Shown piece after piece: positions 39,843-50,724 of a stretch of 64,000 bases of DNA; position 1 is the stretch's first letter, and the number at the start of each line of letters is the position of its first letter. The stretch is from positions 672,001 through 736,000 of the forward strand of contig CAVUKB010000007.1 of assembly GCA_963741955.1 (NCBI GenBank), written 5' to 3'. Source of the DNA: an uncultured Acidobacteriota bacterium. GTDB lineage: Bacteria; Acidobacteriota; Thermoanaerobaculia; Gp7-AA8. The notes under the pieces were generated by a model that saw only the letters and a program-made list of their open reading frames with translations, searched no databases and was not told the DNA's origin. The translations under genes were made by a program, and so were the position numbers.

Positions 39843-40145
39843 CGTTTCAGGCGGAGTGCCACGGGCGCGACCTCGCGCATTTCCGCATTGTCCATGGTCG
39901 CGGAGAACCCGCCGCCCGGCCTCCATCGGCAGAAACGTTCGAGGCGTGCGGCGGTGGCTGCTCGCCGGGAATCCGAACGGATCCGGACCGCTGATCGCCT
40001 CTGCAGCAGGAGTGTTTCTGCCTCGCGGGCTCGTGCCGCTCGCCGTTTCGATCGAGGTTACGGATTTCGTCGTTCGGGGGGATCGAAGACGAGTGGTATC
40101 GCATTCGCATTTTTTCCGGGCGGCCCCAACGTATAATCCGGAGAG

Positions 40146-40805
40146 ATGGCTTTCCTGAAAGCGACGGGGCTTTCGAAGAGTTACCGGAACGCGGAAGTTC
40201 CTGTGGAAGTTTTCGACGCGCTCGACCTCGAGCTGGAAGAGGGAGAGATGCTCGCAGTCGTTGGTCCATCGGGAGTGGGCAAGTCGACGCTCCTCCATCT
40301 GCTCGGAGGCCTCGACCGTCCCGATTCGGGAGCTCTCCGAATCGATGGAGAGGAGCTGACGGGGATGACCAACGACGACCTGGCGCGATTCCGGAACCGC
40401 AATATCGGGTTCGTGTTCCAGTTCCATCATCTGCTGCCCGAGTTCACCGCGATCGAGAACGTGGCGATGCCCGGCTGGATTGGAAGAATCGAAAAATCGG
40501 CCGCGTTGCAGAAAGCGTCGAGCCTGCTGGGTGAGCTCGGTCTCTCGGAGCGGGTCCGGCATTTTCCGAATCAGCTTTCGGGAGGCGAGCAGCAGAGAGT
40601 TGCGATCGCCCGTGCGCTTCTTCCGGACCCGGTTCTGTTCCTGGCGGACGAGCCGACCGGAAATCTCGACACGGAAACGAGTGAACGAGTATTCGAGTTG
40701 ATGAGGGAGTGTCATTCAAAACGCCGACTGACATCGATTATCGTGACCCACAATCGGGAGCTGGCATCCCGTTGCGACAGGGTGTTCGAGATGACGCACC
40801 GGTGA
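40146..40805 (+). CDS. lolD: Lipoprotein-release ABC ATPase
   Basis: [38 protein letters not shown]. Confidence 0.88.
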   Translation: MAFLKATGLSKSYRNAEVPVEVFDALDLELEEGEMLAVVGPSGVGKSTLLHLLGGLDRPDSGALRIDGEELTGMTNDDLARFRNRNIGFVFQFHHLLPEFTAIENVAMPGWIGRIEKSAALQKASSLLGELGLSERVRHFPNQLSGGEQQRVAIARALLPDPVLFLADEPTGNLDTETSERVFELMRECHSKRRLTSIIVTHNRELASRCDRVFEMTHR

Positions 40806-40816
40806 CCAGGTAGACC

Positions 40817-43246
40817 ATGTTCGAGAAATACAACGAGAAGGCACGTCGCGCACTTTTCTTCGCCCGTTACGAAGCATCCAAGCTCGGCTCCAGGGTGATC
40901 GAGTCGGAGCACATCCTGCTCGGGGTTCTCCGGGAGGGAGAGGACATCATCAAAGAAGTCCTCTCGCGCTTCAATGTGAAGCCGGAGCAGATCCGGCGGG
41001 AGGTGGAGGGCGACCGTCTTTTCGTCGACCGGATCTCGTCGTCCGCCGAGCTCCCGCTCTCCGAGGAATCGAAGAAGATTCTCGCCTACGCATCCCACGA
41101 AGCGGAGTCGATGCTCCATCAGTACGTGGGTACCGAACATCTGCTGATCGGAATCCTGCGAGTGGAGTCGTGCGCAGCGGCCCGAATTCTCGCGGGGAAA
41201 GGACTGAACGTCTACAGCGTCCGGGAAGAGACGATCTCGATCCTGAAGGAACGCGAAGCGGACAAGCAGAAGAAGGAACTGCCGTTCCTCTCCGAATACG
41301 CGCGGGACCTGACCCAGATGGCGCAGCAGACGCTGTTCGATCCGCTGATCGGCCGGGAAAAGGAAGTCGACCGGATCATCCAGATCCTCTCCCGCCGTAC
41401 CAAGAACAACCCCATTCTTCTCGGCGAGCCGGGAGTCGGAAAGACGGCGATCGTCGAGGGTCTGGCGCAACGGATCGTCGACGGCAACGTTCCGCTCTTC
41501 ATCGCGAACAAGCGGATTCTCTCGCTCGATCTTTCGCTGATCGTGGCCGGGACCAAGTACCGCGGGCAGTTCGAAGAGCGGCTGAAGGGAATCATCAAGG
41601 AACTGCGCGAGAACAGCGAGATCATCATCTTCATCGACGAGATCCACTCCCTGATCGGAGCGGGATCGGCCGAGGGGTCGCTGGATGCTGCGAACATTCT
41701 GAAGCCCGCGCTCTCCCGGGGGGAGATCTCCTGCATCGGTGCGACCACGATTCGTGAGTACCGGCGCTACATCGAGAAGGACCGCTCGCTGCTCCGCCGC
41801 TTCCAGGCCATCAACGTGGCGCCGCCCAGCGAGGACGAAACGTTCCAGATCCTCGAGGGCGTGAAGGAGCGGTACGAGTCGTTCCACAAGGTGAAGTATT
41901 CGGATCAGGCCATCCGCTCCGCGGTGTACCAGTCCAACCGCTACATCACGGACCGTTTCTTCCCCGACAAGGCGATCGACATCCTGGACGAGGCAGGAGC
42001 GAAGGTGAAGCTCCGCCGCGTGGCGGACACGCAGAACCTCCGCCGGCTCGAGTCGGAGACTCGCTCCATCGTGAAGGAGATGAAGAAGGCGATCTCGGAC
42101 AAAGATTTCGAGAAGGCCGTTTTTCTCCGGGAGCGAGAGATCGAGCTGAAGGAAGAGATCGAGCGCCTCAAGCAGGAGCGCGAGACGTCCGCCGACGAGA
42201 CGATGGAAGTCACCCAGCACGACGTCGAAGAGATCATCGCGTCGTGGACCGACATCCCGGTCACCGCTCTCGAGGCGGACGAGGCGGCGAAGCTGATCAA
42301 CATGGAAGAGAGCCTGATGCGGCGGATCGTCGGTCAGGACAAGTCGATTCGGGCGATCTCGCGCGCGATCCGCCGCTCGCGTCTCGGTGTCGCTTCGCCG
42401 AACCGTCCGATGGGATCATTCATCTTCCTCGGCTCCTCCGGCGTCGGAAAGACGGAAGTCGCCCGGCGGCTGGCGGAGTTCCTCTTCGGCTCACAGCGAC
42501 ACCTGATCCGCTTCGACATGTCGGAGTACATGGAGAAGCATGCGGTGTCGAAGCTGATCGGATCGCCTCCCGGTTACGTCGGACATGAAGAGGGAGGCCA
42601 GCTCACCGAACGAGTGCGCCGGAGCCCTTACGCGGTGGTCCTTCTCGATGAGATCGAGAAGGCGCATCCGGACATCACCAATATCCTCCTCCAGATCCTG
42701 GAAGATGGAATCCTCACCGATTCGATCGGCAATCAGGTGGATTTCCGGAACACTCTGATCATCATGACCTCGAATCTCGGCACCCGGCACCTCGCCACCA
42801 AGGCGAGACTCGGGTTCCAGGAGCAGAGTACGGATGCCGAGCAGCGTCAGATCGAGCTGCTGATCCTGCAGGAGCTCAAGCGGGAGTTCTCGCCGGAGTT
42901 CATCAACCGGATCGACGAGGTGATCGTCTTCAACCCGCTCACCCGGACCGAGCTTCGCGAGATCTGCCAACTCCTGATCGACGACGTGAATCAGGCGCTC
43001 GCACCGAAGGGGATGCAGATCTCGGTCGACGAGGCGGTGGTGGACTGGCTGCTCGAGCGCGCCGCCGAGGAGAGCAATTCCGGGGCGAGGCCTCTTCGAC
43101 GTGCCATCCAGCGCTTCATCGAGGACGAGCTGTCGGAATTCATGATCCGGCAGAAGGAGAACGTTCCCGAGCACGTCGAGTTCTCCATTCAGGACGGCGT
43201 GGTCACGCTGGTGTCCCGCGATGACCTGATCCCGAATCCGCAATAA
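40817..43246 (+). CDS. clpC: ClpC-type AAA+ chaperone
   Basis: Clp N repeats, two Walker A motifs (GEPGVGKT, GSSGVGKT), UVR-like middle domain, PPGYVG. Confidence 0.93.
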   Translation: MFEKYNEKARRALFFARYEASKLGSRVIESEHILLGVLREGEDIIKEVLSRFNVKPEQIRREVEGDRLFVDRISSSAELPLSEESKKILAYASHEAESMLHQYVGTEHLLIGILRVESCAAARILAGKGLNVYSVREETISILKEREADKQKKELPFLSEYARDLTQMAQQTLFDPLIGREKEVDRIIQILSRRTKNNPILLGEPGVGKTAIVEGLAQRIVDGNVPLFIANKRILSLDLSLIVAGTKYRGQFEERLKGIIKELRENSEIIIFIDEIHSLIGAGSAEGSLDAANILKPALSRGEISCIGATTIREYRRYIEKDRSLLRRFQAINVAPPSEDETFQILEGVKERYESFHKVKYSDQAIRSAVYQSNRYITDRFFPDKAIDILDEAGAKVKLRRVADTQNLRRLESETRSIVKEMKKAISDKDFEKAVFLREREIELKEEIERLKQERETSADETMEVTQHDVEEIIASWTDIPVTALEADEAAKLINMEESLMRRIVGQDKSIRAISRAIRRSRLGVASPNRPMGSFIFLGSSGVGKTEVARRLAEFLFGSQRHLIRFDMSEYMEKHAVSKLIGSPPGYVGHEEGGQLTERVRRSPYAVVLLDEIEKAHPDITNILLQILEDGILTDSIGNQVDFRNTLIIMTSNLGTRHLATKARLGFQEQSTDAEQRQIELLILQELKREFSPEFINRIDEVIVFNPLTRTELREICQLLIDDVNQALAPKGMQISVDEAVVDWLLERAAEESNSGARPLRRAIQRFIEDELSEFMIRQKENVPEHVEFSIQDGVVTLVSRDDLIPNPQ

Positions 43247-43270
43247 TGACGGCGAAATCGCTCGTTTCGA

Positions 43271-43295
43271 AGGCGGTGGATCTCCACCACCTTTT
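43271..43295 (+). terminator. Putative terminator after clpC
   Basis: AGGCGGTGGA-TC-TCCACCACCT followed by TTT. Confidence 0.4.
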
Positions 43296-43467
43296 CGTTT
43301 GAATGCGCGATCGCCTCGTTCGTAACCTTCATTGGTGGAATCTTTTCCGTCCGGGAGGGATTGCTCTGCTACAATTCGGCGATTTTTTGCCGGTCCTCTG
43401 GCGCACCGAAACCTCCGGCGCGTCGCATTCGTCACAGGAAAGTCATTCGGTTGGTCGACGAACACTT

Positions 43468-45855
43468 ATGAATCGATTTCTCCGCGTAGGACTCTTCGCG
43501 CTGCTGCTGATCGTCCCTCTTTCCGCCCATGCGCAAGGGTCTTCGAATCAGGACTCTCTCGCCGGTCAGCCGGTCGAGCGCTTCGAAGTCGTCGGAAACT
43601 CGTCGGTGGCTGCGGACACGATCCGTGTGTACCTCGGCGTGGTGCCTGGCGAGCCGTACAACCCAACAGCGATCCAGAAGAACTTCCTGAATCTGTGGCA
43701 GACCGGGCTTTTCGACGACATCCGGATCGAGGCAGAGAAGGGCGAGAAGGGGGTGATCGTCAAGGCGATCGTCAAGGAACGCCCCCGGATCGGCTCCGTA
43801 CTCTACAAGGGGAACAAGAACCTCACCGTCGCCAAGATCCAGGAGGCTCTGGAGAAGGAAAAGATCGATCTGCACGTCGGGAACACCATCGAGCAGACTC
43901 AGGTCCAGCGGGCGGCCGAGGCGATCAAGAAGGCGTACGCGGAGAACGGATACGAGGGAGTCACGGTCGCGCCGACCATGGAGGACACCTCCGTTCCCGC
44001 CGAAAAGAAGATCGTCTTCAACATCAACGAAGGAATCAAGGCGCGGGTCGCTGCGATCGACTTCGTCGGCAACAAGCGCTTCTCGAACCGTCGTCTGCGG
44101 AAAGCGATGAAAGAGGTCAAGAAGCACAACCTCTACACGCAGCTCCGGAAGCGGGACCTCTACATCCCGTCCAAACTCGACGAGGACCTCGAAAAGGTCA
44201 GGAATCTCTACCTCGATTACGGTTATCGCGACATCGAGATCGGTGACCCGAAGATCACCACGGTTCGCCGCGGCAAGCGACCGCGGGTGAAGATCACCAT
44301 CCCGATCTCCGAGGGTCAGGTCCACAAGTTCGACAGCATCTCCGTTTCCGGAAACACGGTCTTCACCACTGACCAGATGATCGGAGGCATTCCGCTCAAG
44401 AAAGGCGACGTGCTGAGCCGGAAGCCGATCCAGGACCGCGTCGACGCGTTCGAGGACGCGTACCGCCGCCGTGGCTACATCTACGCGTACATCAATCCGG
44501 TGTACGAGTCGGTCGGCGAACGGACGGACAAGGTCAAGCTCGAGGTCTACGAAGGCGATCAGTTCCGCCTCGGGCAGCTGGAGTTCGAAGGAAATACCGT
44601 CACCAAGGACAAGGTGCTCCGTCGCGAAGTCCTGTTCAACGAGGGTGACGTGATGGACATGGAGGCATTCAAGGCTTCCATGTACAAGCTCGGTCAGCTC
44701 GGGTACTTCAAGATCACCGACAACCCCGATTTCAAGGTGAACCCCGACTCGAAGACGGTCGATGTCACGGTGAAGGGAGAGGAACAAGGGAAGAACGACA
44801 TCCAGTTCGGCGGCGGATACTCCGAAGCCTACGGGTTCTTCGCCCAGTTCCAGTTCGCGACGCGGAACTTCCTCGGTGAGGGTGAGAGCCTCGGTGCGAG
44901 CTTCCAGCGCGGCGCACGGCAGAACTTCTTCAGCCTTTCGTACTCCGATCCGTGGTTCCTCGACAAACCGAACAGCTTCGCGGTGTCGATCTTCAACCGC
45001 GACACCACACTTCCCCCCGCGTTCGGCTACAACAGCAGCAGCAAGGGTGGCAGCATCGGGTACGGCTTCCGGGTGGGCCGATTCGAGAACATCTCCTTCC
45101 TCTACGGTCTCGAAGACCGGAAGGATCACTACGAGTTCTCCCCGGTTCCCGATTCCGAGGGAACGATTCCTCTCCCCGAGGTGCAGGATCTCGCGTACCG
45201 GAGCTCGACCTTCGCGCCCTCCTATCGCTACGACTCGCGCGACAATCCCTTCGACACCATGCGTGGAGCGAAGTTCTCCCTCTCGGTCGGATTCAGCGGG
45301 GGTCCGCTGGGCGGAACGATCGATCTGACCAAACCGGTGCTGAACTACTCGATCTTCCACCCACTGTCGAGAAAGAGCACGGTCAGCTTCAACGCCGAAG
45401 CCGGAAAGATCTTTTCGCGTGGCAAGGACTGCGCGGAGCTCTTTTCGCAGTTGACCAAGACTCTGAACCAGCTTTGCGTCCCGCAATCGGAGCGCTTCTA
45501 CGTAGGTGGCGAGCAATCGGTCCGCGGGTTCCGGTGGGGAACGATCGGCGGGAAAGAGACGGTGAACGGCCGCGAGGTTCCGGTCGGAGGCGAGTCGTAC
45601 ACGGTCTTCAATTCGGAATACATCTACAAGATCAACGATCCGTTGAGATTCGTCCTCTTCGCCGATGGGGGTGCGGCATACGCTCACGGCCAGCAGATCG
45701 ACTTCGGACAGCTCCGGTACTCGGCGGGAGCCGAGCTGCGGATCTTCCTCCCGGTGTTCCAGTTTCCGCTCCGGTTCATTTACTCGTTCAATCCCGACTC
45801 CCATCCTGGCGATCAGTTCGAAACGTTCCAGTTCTCGGTCGGGAATACGTTCTGA
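43468..45855 (+). CDS. bamA: Outer membrane protein assembly factor BamA
   Basis: Signal peptide, POTRA repeats (GNTVTKDKVLRRE), SVRGF, C-terminal FQFSVGNTF. Confidence 0.95.
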   Translation: MNRFLRVGLFALLLIVPLSAHAQGSSNQDSLAGQPVERFEVVGNSSVAADTIRVYLGVVPGEPYNPTAIQKNFLNLWQTGLFDDIRIEAEKGEKGVIVKAIVKERPRIGSVLYKGNKNLTVAKIQEALEKEKIDLHVGNTIEQTQVQRAAEAIKKAYAENGYEGVTVAPTMEDTSVPAEKKIVFNINEGIKARVAAIDFVGNKRFSNRRLRKAMKEVKKHNLYTQLRKRDLYIPSKLDEDLEKVRNLYLDYGYRDIEIGDPKITTVRRGKRPRVKITIPISEGQVHKFDSISVSGNTVFTTDQMIGGIPLKKGDVLSRKPIQDRVDAFEDAYRRRGYIYAYINPVYESVGERTDKVKLEVYEGDQFRLGQLEFEGNTVTKDKVLRREVLFNEGDVMDMEAFKASMYKLGQLGYFKITDNPDFKVNPDSKTVDVTVKGEEQGKNDIQFGGGYSEAYGFFAQFQFATRNFLGEGESLGASFQRGARQNFFSLSYSDPWFLDKPNSFAVSIFNRDTTLPPAFGYNSSSKGGSIGYGFRVGRFENISFLYGLEDRKDHYEFSPVPDSEGTIPLPEVQDLAYRSSTFAPSYRYDSRDNPFDTMRGAKFSLSVGFSGGPLGGTIDLTKPVLNYSIFHPLSRKSTVSFNAEAGKIFSRGKDCAELFSQLTKTLNQLCVPQSERFYVGGEQSVRGFRWGTIGGKETVNGREVPVGGESYTVFNSEYIYKINDPLRFVLFADGGAAYAHGQQIDFGQLRYSAGAELRIFLPVFQFPLRFIYSFNPDSHPGDQFETFQFSVGNTF

Positions 45856-45944
45856 CACAGCGTCCATTCAACCGTTCGTAAGAATGACCAACAACAGAAA
45901 GAACCCGCGGAACGATCCGGCGGGAGAGTGACAAAGGAGATTCG

Positions 45945-46490
45945 ATGAAGAAGGCGTTGGTTGGATTGATGCTTTCCGTGTTCGCCGTTCCGATGTTTGC
46001 CCAGACGGCGCCTGCACGGCTGGCGGTGATCAATGTTCCGAAGGTGCTTGCCGAGTCGACCGCGGGCAAAGCCGCTTTCGAGAAGCTCAAGACGATGCAG
46101 GACGAGCACGCGGCGAAGCTCAAGAAAATGGACGACGAGCTCAAGACGCTCGACGCTCAGATCAACGAGAAGAAGATGTCGCTCAGCGCGGACAAGCTCG
46201 CCGATCTGAGCAAGGACTTCGATGCGAAGAAGATCGCCGAGCAGCGGTACGCGCAGGACGCCCAACGCGATCTCGAGCAGGCACGCGACGCCGCGCTTCA
46301 GGAGATCGAAAAGCAGCTTCGTCCGGTGATCGACCAGATCGGCAAAGAGATGGGATTCGCGGCGATCTTCAACAAGTTCGAGTCGGGGATCATCTACGCT
46401 TCGGACGCGATCGACATCACCGACACCGTGATCAAGCGGTTCGACGAGTCGACGGCCGCCAAGGGCGGCGCCGCGGCCCCCAAGAAGTAA
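45945..46490 (+). CDS. skp: Skp/OmpH chaperone
   Basis: Signal peptide, LAVIN, coiled coil, IDITDTVIK; follows bamA. Confidence 0.92.
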   Translation: MKKALVGLMLSVFAVPMFAQTAPARLAVINVPKVLAESTAGKAAFEKLKTMQDEHAAKLKKMDDELKTLDAQINEKKMSLSADKLADLSKDFDAKKIAEQRYAQDAQRDLEQARDAALQEIEKQLRPVIDQIGKEMGFAAIFNKFESGIIYASDAIDITDTVIKRFDESTAAKGGAAAPKK

Positions 46491-46513
46491 TCAGCGACAG
46501 TCGCGACTGATTC

Positions 46514-46552
46514 AAGAGCCTCCGCGGATGACGCGGAGGCTCTTTGTCTTTC
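46514..46552 (+). terminator. Intrinsic terminator
   Basis: AAGAGCCTCCGCG-GATGA-CGCGGAGGCTCTT then TGTCTTTC. Confidence 0.75.
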
Positions 46553-46559
46553 TGTTCCG

Positions 46560-47214
46560 CCGAGGGCGCCGAGGGCGCCGAGGGGCGGACCCCGCTCTGA
46601 GGAGTGCGAATCCCGCCGAGGAGTGCGAATCCCGCCGAGGGGTGCGAATCCCGCCGAGGGGTGCGGATCATCCGATCCGCCGCGCGAATCGTGTTATCCG
46701 CGATGAAGACGGAGGCTTTGGGCTTTCGCGGAGCGTCGGCCTTGCGAAGAGCTTCGCTTCTGCCGCGGAGGGGTGCGGATCATCCGATCCGCCGCGAGGA
46801 TCGTGTTGTACGCGATGAAGACGGAGGCTTTGGGCTTTCGCGGAGCGTCGGCCGTTTTTGCGAGGAGCTTCACTTCTGCCGCGGATTGGCTTGATGCTGC
46901 TGTCGCGCACGCGCCGAAATCCGCGGGGCGGATTGCGAATCCGCACTCCACGAAACGCGAAAGCGGAGCTCCGCGAGGGGGGCGGACCCCGCTCTGGACG
47001 GTGCGAATCCCGCCGAGGGGTGCGGATCCCGCCGAGGGGTGCGGATCATCCGATCCGCCGCGAGGATCGTGTTGTACGCGATGAAGACGGAGGCTTTGGG
47101 CTTTCGCGGAGCGTCGGCCTTGCGAAGAGCTTCGCTTCTGCCGCGGATTGGCTTGATGCTGCTGTCGCGCACGTGCCGCGATTCGCGCGGCGGGGCGGAT
47201 TAGAAATCCGCACT
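46560..47214. repeat. Second REP/BIME-like cluster
   Basis: Three units of about 113 bp starting GGGGTGCGGATC-ATCC-GATCCGC (about 46658, 46771, 47036), inverted GCGGATT..AATCCGCAC copies, short GTGCGAATCCCGCCGAGG repeats. Confidence 0.85.
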
Positions 47215-47399
47215 TAGCCCGCATATCTCACACCATCTCTGCTGCGGAGACGGATAGCGGCCTGTCTGCTGCGTTGCACCCCGCTTCGGCTCCTCAACAT
47301 AGTCACCACTATGCCTTCGTCGCCGAAGCGGGGTGCGCCTTGCATCCAGGGCTGCTCTCCGCCTTCTCGCGACGAGATGATGTGAGAAATGCGGGTTAG
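47215..47399. mobile_element. MITE-like element, copy 3 (full length)
   Basis: TAGCCCGCATATCTCACA...TGTGAGAAATGCGGGTTAG. Confidence 0.8.
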
Positions 47400-47470
47400 C
47401 CGCTCGAGCCGCCGCCGCGGTATCACCCAGGAGAGCGCATCGGTAGCCGGACTGCTACAATGCGCGGCCG

Positions 47471-48514
47471 ATGGCAGAGGTGCGGATCGGTGACATCGTC
47501 GAGCTCCTCGGCGCCTCGTACGAAGGCGACCGGGAGAAGCTCATTCGCGGAGTTCGCCCCATTTCGGAGGCGGGCCCGGACGAGCTGACGTTCCTCTCGA
47601 ATCCGAAGTACGCGGGTGAGCTCGAGACGTCGAATGCCGCCGCGGTGCTGGTCGACACGAAGCTCCCGGGAACGTCGGACCGCTGGATCCGCGTCCCCGA
47701 TCCTTACTATGCGCTGGCCCTGGTGCTTCAGCGTTGGTTCGCCGGGATTCCGCGACCTTCCGGCATCTCCGCAAACTCGTTCATCGCCGCGTCGGCGAGA
47801 GTGGGCGAAGACGTTCGGATCGGCGACCGGGTGACCGTCGGCGAGAACGTGGTCATTGGTAACGGTGTCACCATCTTCGACGGAACGTTCGTCGGAGCCG
47901 GTACGACGATCGGCGAGGGTACCCTGATCCACCCGAACGTCACGATCTATCACCGGACCCGGATCGGACGGCGGTGCGTGATCCAGGGGGGAGCGGTCAT
48001 CGGTTCGGACGGGTTCGGATTCGCCACGGCCGAGGGGCGCCATCACAAGATTCCGCAGATCGGGATCGTGAGGATCGAAGACGACGTGGAGATCGGCGCG
48101 AACACCACCATCGATCGCGCCGCACTGGGTGAGACGGTGATCGGCGAGGGGACCAAGATCGACAACCTCGTACAGATCGCGCACAACGTGAAGATCGGCC
48201 GGCACTGCTTCATCGTTTCTCAGGTGGGGATTGCGGGATCGACCGAGATCGGAGACTATTCCGTCTTCGCCGGCCAGTCGGGCGCGGCCGGACACCTCGA
48301 GATCGGTTCCCGGGTGCAGGTGGCGGCCCAGGCTGCGGTGATGAAGGGCTTCGACGGCCCGCTCACCATTGCCGGAAGTCCGGCCCGTCCTTTGCGGGAG
48401 CATCTCCGGAGCGAGGCGTTGATACGACGCCTTCCCGAGATCCGCAGGCGCCTCGAGCGGATCGAGAAGAGACTCGGGATCACCAGAGCCGACGAGGACG
48501 GCGAAGAAAGGTAG
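47471..48514 (+). CDS. lpxD: UDP-3-O-acyl-glucosamine N-acyltransferase
   Basis: LTFL, DPY, hexapeptide repeats, [26 protein letters not shown]. Confidence 0.96.
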   Translation: MAEVRIGDIVELLGASYEGDREKLIRGVRPISEAGPDELTFLSNPKYAGELETSNAAAVLVDTKLPGTSDRWIRVPDPYYALALVLQRWFAGIPRPSGISANSFIAASARVGEDVRIGDRVTVGENVVIGNGVTIFDGTFVGAGTTIGEGTLIHPNVTIYHRTRIGRRCVIQGGAVIGSDGFGFATAEGRHHKIPQIGIVRIEDDVEIGANTTIDRAALGETVIGEGTKIDNLVQIAHNVKIGRHCFIVSQVGIAGSTEIGDYSVFAGQSGAAGHLEIGSRVQVAAQAAVMKGFDGPLTIAGSPARPLREHLRSEALIRRLPEIRRRLERIEKRLGITRADEDGEER

Positions 48515-48517
48515 TCG

Positions 48518-48955
48518 ATGCTCAATATCAACGAGATCATGCGGATCCTTCCGCACCGTTATCCACTTCTCCTGATCGACAGGATTCTGGAGATCGACGG
48601 AGACGATCGGATCGTCGGGCTGAAGAACGTCACGGCGAACGAACAATTCTTCCAGGGGCACTTTCCGGGAAACCCGGTGATGCCGGGAGTGCTGATCGTC
48701 GAGGCGATGGCGCAATGCGGAGCGGTTCTGTTCACCCGCGACGTTCCGGACCGGGAGAAGAAGCTCTTCTTCTTCGGTGGCATCGACAAGGCGCGATTCC
48801 GGCGCCCGGTGATTCCGGGGGACCAGGTGGTGATCGAAGTGACGGTCATGCAGCGCCGTGCTAGCTCAGCGCGATTCAAGGGAGTGGCGAAGGTGGAAGG
48901 ACAGGTCGTGGCGGAAGCGGAGCTGATGACGGTGATGGTGGAGAGGCCCGAGTAG
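48518..48955 (+). CDS. fabZ: 3-hydroxyacyl-ACP dehydratase
   Basis: LPHRYPLLLIDR, KNVTANE.FF.GHFP..PVMPGVL.EAMAQ. Confidence 0.97.
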   Translation: MLNINEIMRILPHRYPLLLIDRILEIDGDDRIVGLKNVTANEQFFQGHFPGNPVMPGVLIVEAMAQCGAVLFTRDVPDREKKLFFFGGIDKARFRRPVIPGDQVVIEVTVMQRRASSARFKGVAKVEGQVVAEAELMTVMVERPE

Positions 48956-48957
48956 AG

Positions 48958-49740
48958 ATGGCGACGCGAGTTCATCCCACTGCAATCATCGACGGGAACG
49001 CGGTTCTCGGCGAGGACGTCGAGGTTGGTCCGTGGTGCATCATCGGCGACGGCGTGGTCGTCGGAGCAGGCAGCCGAATCGGTCCCCACACCCGCATCGA
49101 AGGGCCGACCAAGTTCGGTGAGCGGAATCGGATCTTCGGACAGAGCTCGTTCGGCACCGAGCCGCAGGACCTGAAGTTCGGAGGAGAACGGACCGAGCTC
49201 GTGATCGGGAACGACAACACTTTCCGGGAGTTCGTGACCATAAACCGCGGAACCGTGGGTGGAGGAGGAATCACCACCATCGGCTCGAACAACTTCTTCA
49301 TGGTCAGTGCGCACGTCGCGCACGACTGCCACGTCGGTTCATCGACGATCTTCGCCAACGCGGCGACCCTCGCCGGTCACGTGACCGTCGGAGACTTCGC
49401 CACGATCGGCGCGTTCGCTGCGGTCCATCAGTTCTGCCGGGTCGGAGACCACGCGTTCATGGGAGGGTTCACCGTCGCGACGCAGGACGTCCTGCCGTAC
49501 GCGAAGACGGTGGGAAACCGCCCTGCGAAGACGTACGGCATCAACACCATCGGCCTGCGGCGAAAGGATTTTCAGCCGGAGACCATTACCGCCCTCGAGC
49601 GAGCCTACCGGATCCTCGTCCGATCGAAGATGAAGCTCGAACAGGCACTGGAAAAAATCGAGGCCGATCTCGCCCTCTACCCGGAGGTGCGTTACCTGGT
49701 CGATTTCGTACGGGCCTCGGAGCGCGGATTCATCCGCTGA
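48958..49740 (+). CDS. lpxA: UDP-N-acetylglucosamine acyltransferase
   Basis: VHPTAII, PQDLKF, REFVTINRGT, HVAHDC, LAGHV, VHQFCR. Confidence 0.96.
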   Translation: MATRVHPTAIIDGNAVLGEDVEVGPWCIIGDGVVVGAGSRIGPHTRIEGPTKFGERNRIFGQSSFGTEPQDLKFGGERTELVIGNDNTFREFVTINRGTVGGGGITTIGSNNFFMVSAHVAHDCHVGSSTIFANAATLAGHVTVGDFATIGAFAAVHQFCRVGDHAFMGGFTVATQDVLPYAKTVGNRPAKTYGINTIGLRRKDFQPETITALERAYRILVRSKMKLEQALEKIEADLALYPEVRYLVDFVRASERGFIR

Positions 49741-49752
49741 TCGGAACGGGAG

Positions 49753-50724
49753 ATGGACGAGCCTAAGAAGATTCGCATCGGAATCGTCGGTACCGGTTAC
49801 CTCGGGCGGCTTCATGCGCGTGTGCTGACGGAGATGCCGGAAGTGGATGTCGCCGGCTTCGTCGAGCCGGACGACGGCACTGCGGCCGAGGTGGAGAAGA
49901 GTCTCGGGTTGAAGCGGGTCGGATCGGCGTCGGAGCTCGCGGACCTCGCGGAATGCGCGGTGATCGCCACACCGACCACTCATCACGCGGAGGTGGCGAC
50001 GCTGATGATGCGTGCCGGCTGCGACGTGATGATCGAAAAGCCGATTGCGACCACAGTGGAAGAAGCGCAGGGGCTGATCGAGCTCGCCGCGACCGAGAAG
50101 CGCATCGTGCAGGTCGGTCACGTCGAGCGCTACAACCCCGCAATCGTCGCACTCGCCGAAGTCCTCGAGCCTCCGCGCTACATCGAGGCGGACCGGCTGG
50201 GGGTCTTCTCGGCTCGCTCGCTCGACATCGACGTTCTGCTCGACCTGATGATCCACGACCTGAACCTCGTGCTCTCGCTGGGGGGATCGGATGTCGAGGA
50301 GATCCGCGCAGTAGGCGTGCCGGTGCTGACGGACAAGGTGGACATGGCGAACGTCCGCCTGCAGCTCGCGAACGGCGCAGTGGCCAATCTCACCGCGAGC
50401 CGGGTCTCGAGCGAGCGGGTGAGAAAGCTCCGCATCTTCAGCCGCGACTCTTACGCGTCGGTCGACACACGGGAGCAGGAGGTCAAGCTCTTCCGGCTTC
50501 GTTCGGGTGGCGCGTCGAGGGAGATCGAGCCGGTGGAACTGGCGGTCGAACGGAAGGAGCCGCTCCGCGCCGAGCTCGAATCGTTCGTCCACTGCGTCCG
50601 TACGCGGCGGGAGCCGCTGGTCACGGGAGCGGACGGACTGAAGGCTCTCGACCTGGCAGTCCGCGTCCGCGCGGCCATCGAGGAATCGCTCCGGGCGTTC
50701 GACCGGGCGGGAACGACGAGGTGA
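49753..50724 (+). CDS. Gfo/Idh/MocA oxidoreductase (GnnA-like)
   Basis: GTGYLG, IEKPI, QVGHVERYNP, DVLLDLMIHD, LTASRVS; directly after lpxA. Confidence 0.88.
   Translation: MDEPKKIRIGIVGTGYLGRLHARVLTEMPEVDVAGFVEPDDGTAAEVEKSLGLKRVGSASELADLAECAVIATPTTHHAEVATLMMRAGCDVMIEKPIATTVEEAQGLIELAATEKRIVQVGHVERYNPAIVALAEVLEPPRYIEADRLGVFSARSLDIDVLLDLMIHDLNLVLSLGGSDVEEIRAVGVPVLTDKVDMANVRLQLANGAVANLTASRVSSERVRKLRIFSRDSYASVDTREQEVKLFRLRSGGASREIEPVELAVERKEPLRAELESFVHCVRTRREPLVTGADGLKALDLAVRVRAAIEESLRAFDRAGTTR

Noticed and set aside
43432-45867. 811-aa ORF antisense to bamA, and similar ORFs antisense to lhr and clpC
   Set aside because: Codon-bias shadow ORFs with no recognisable motifs.
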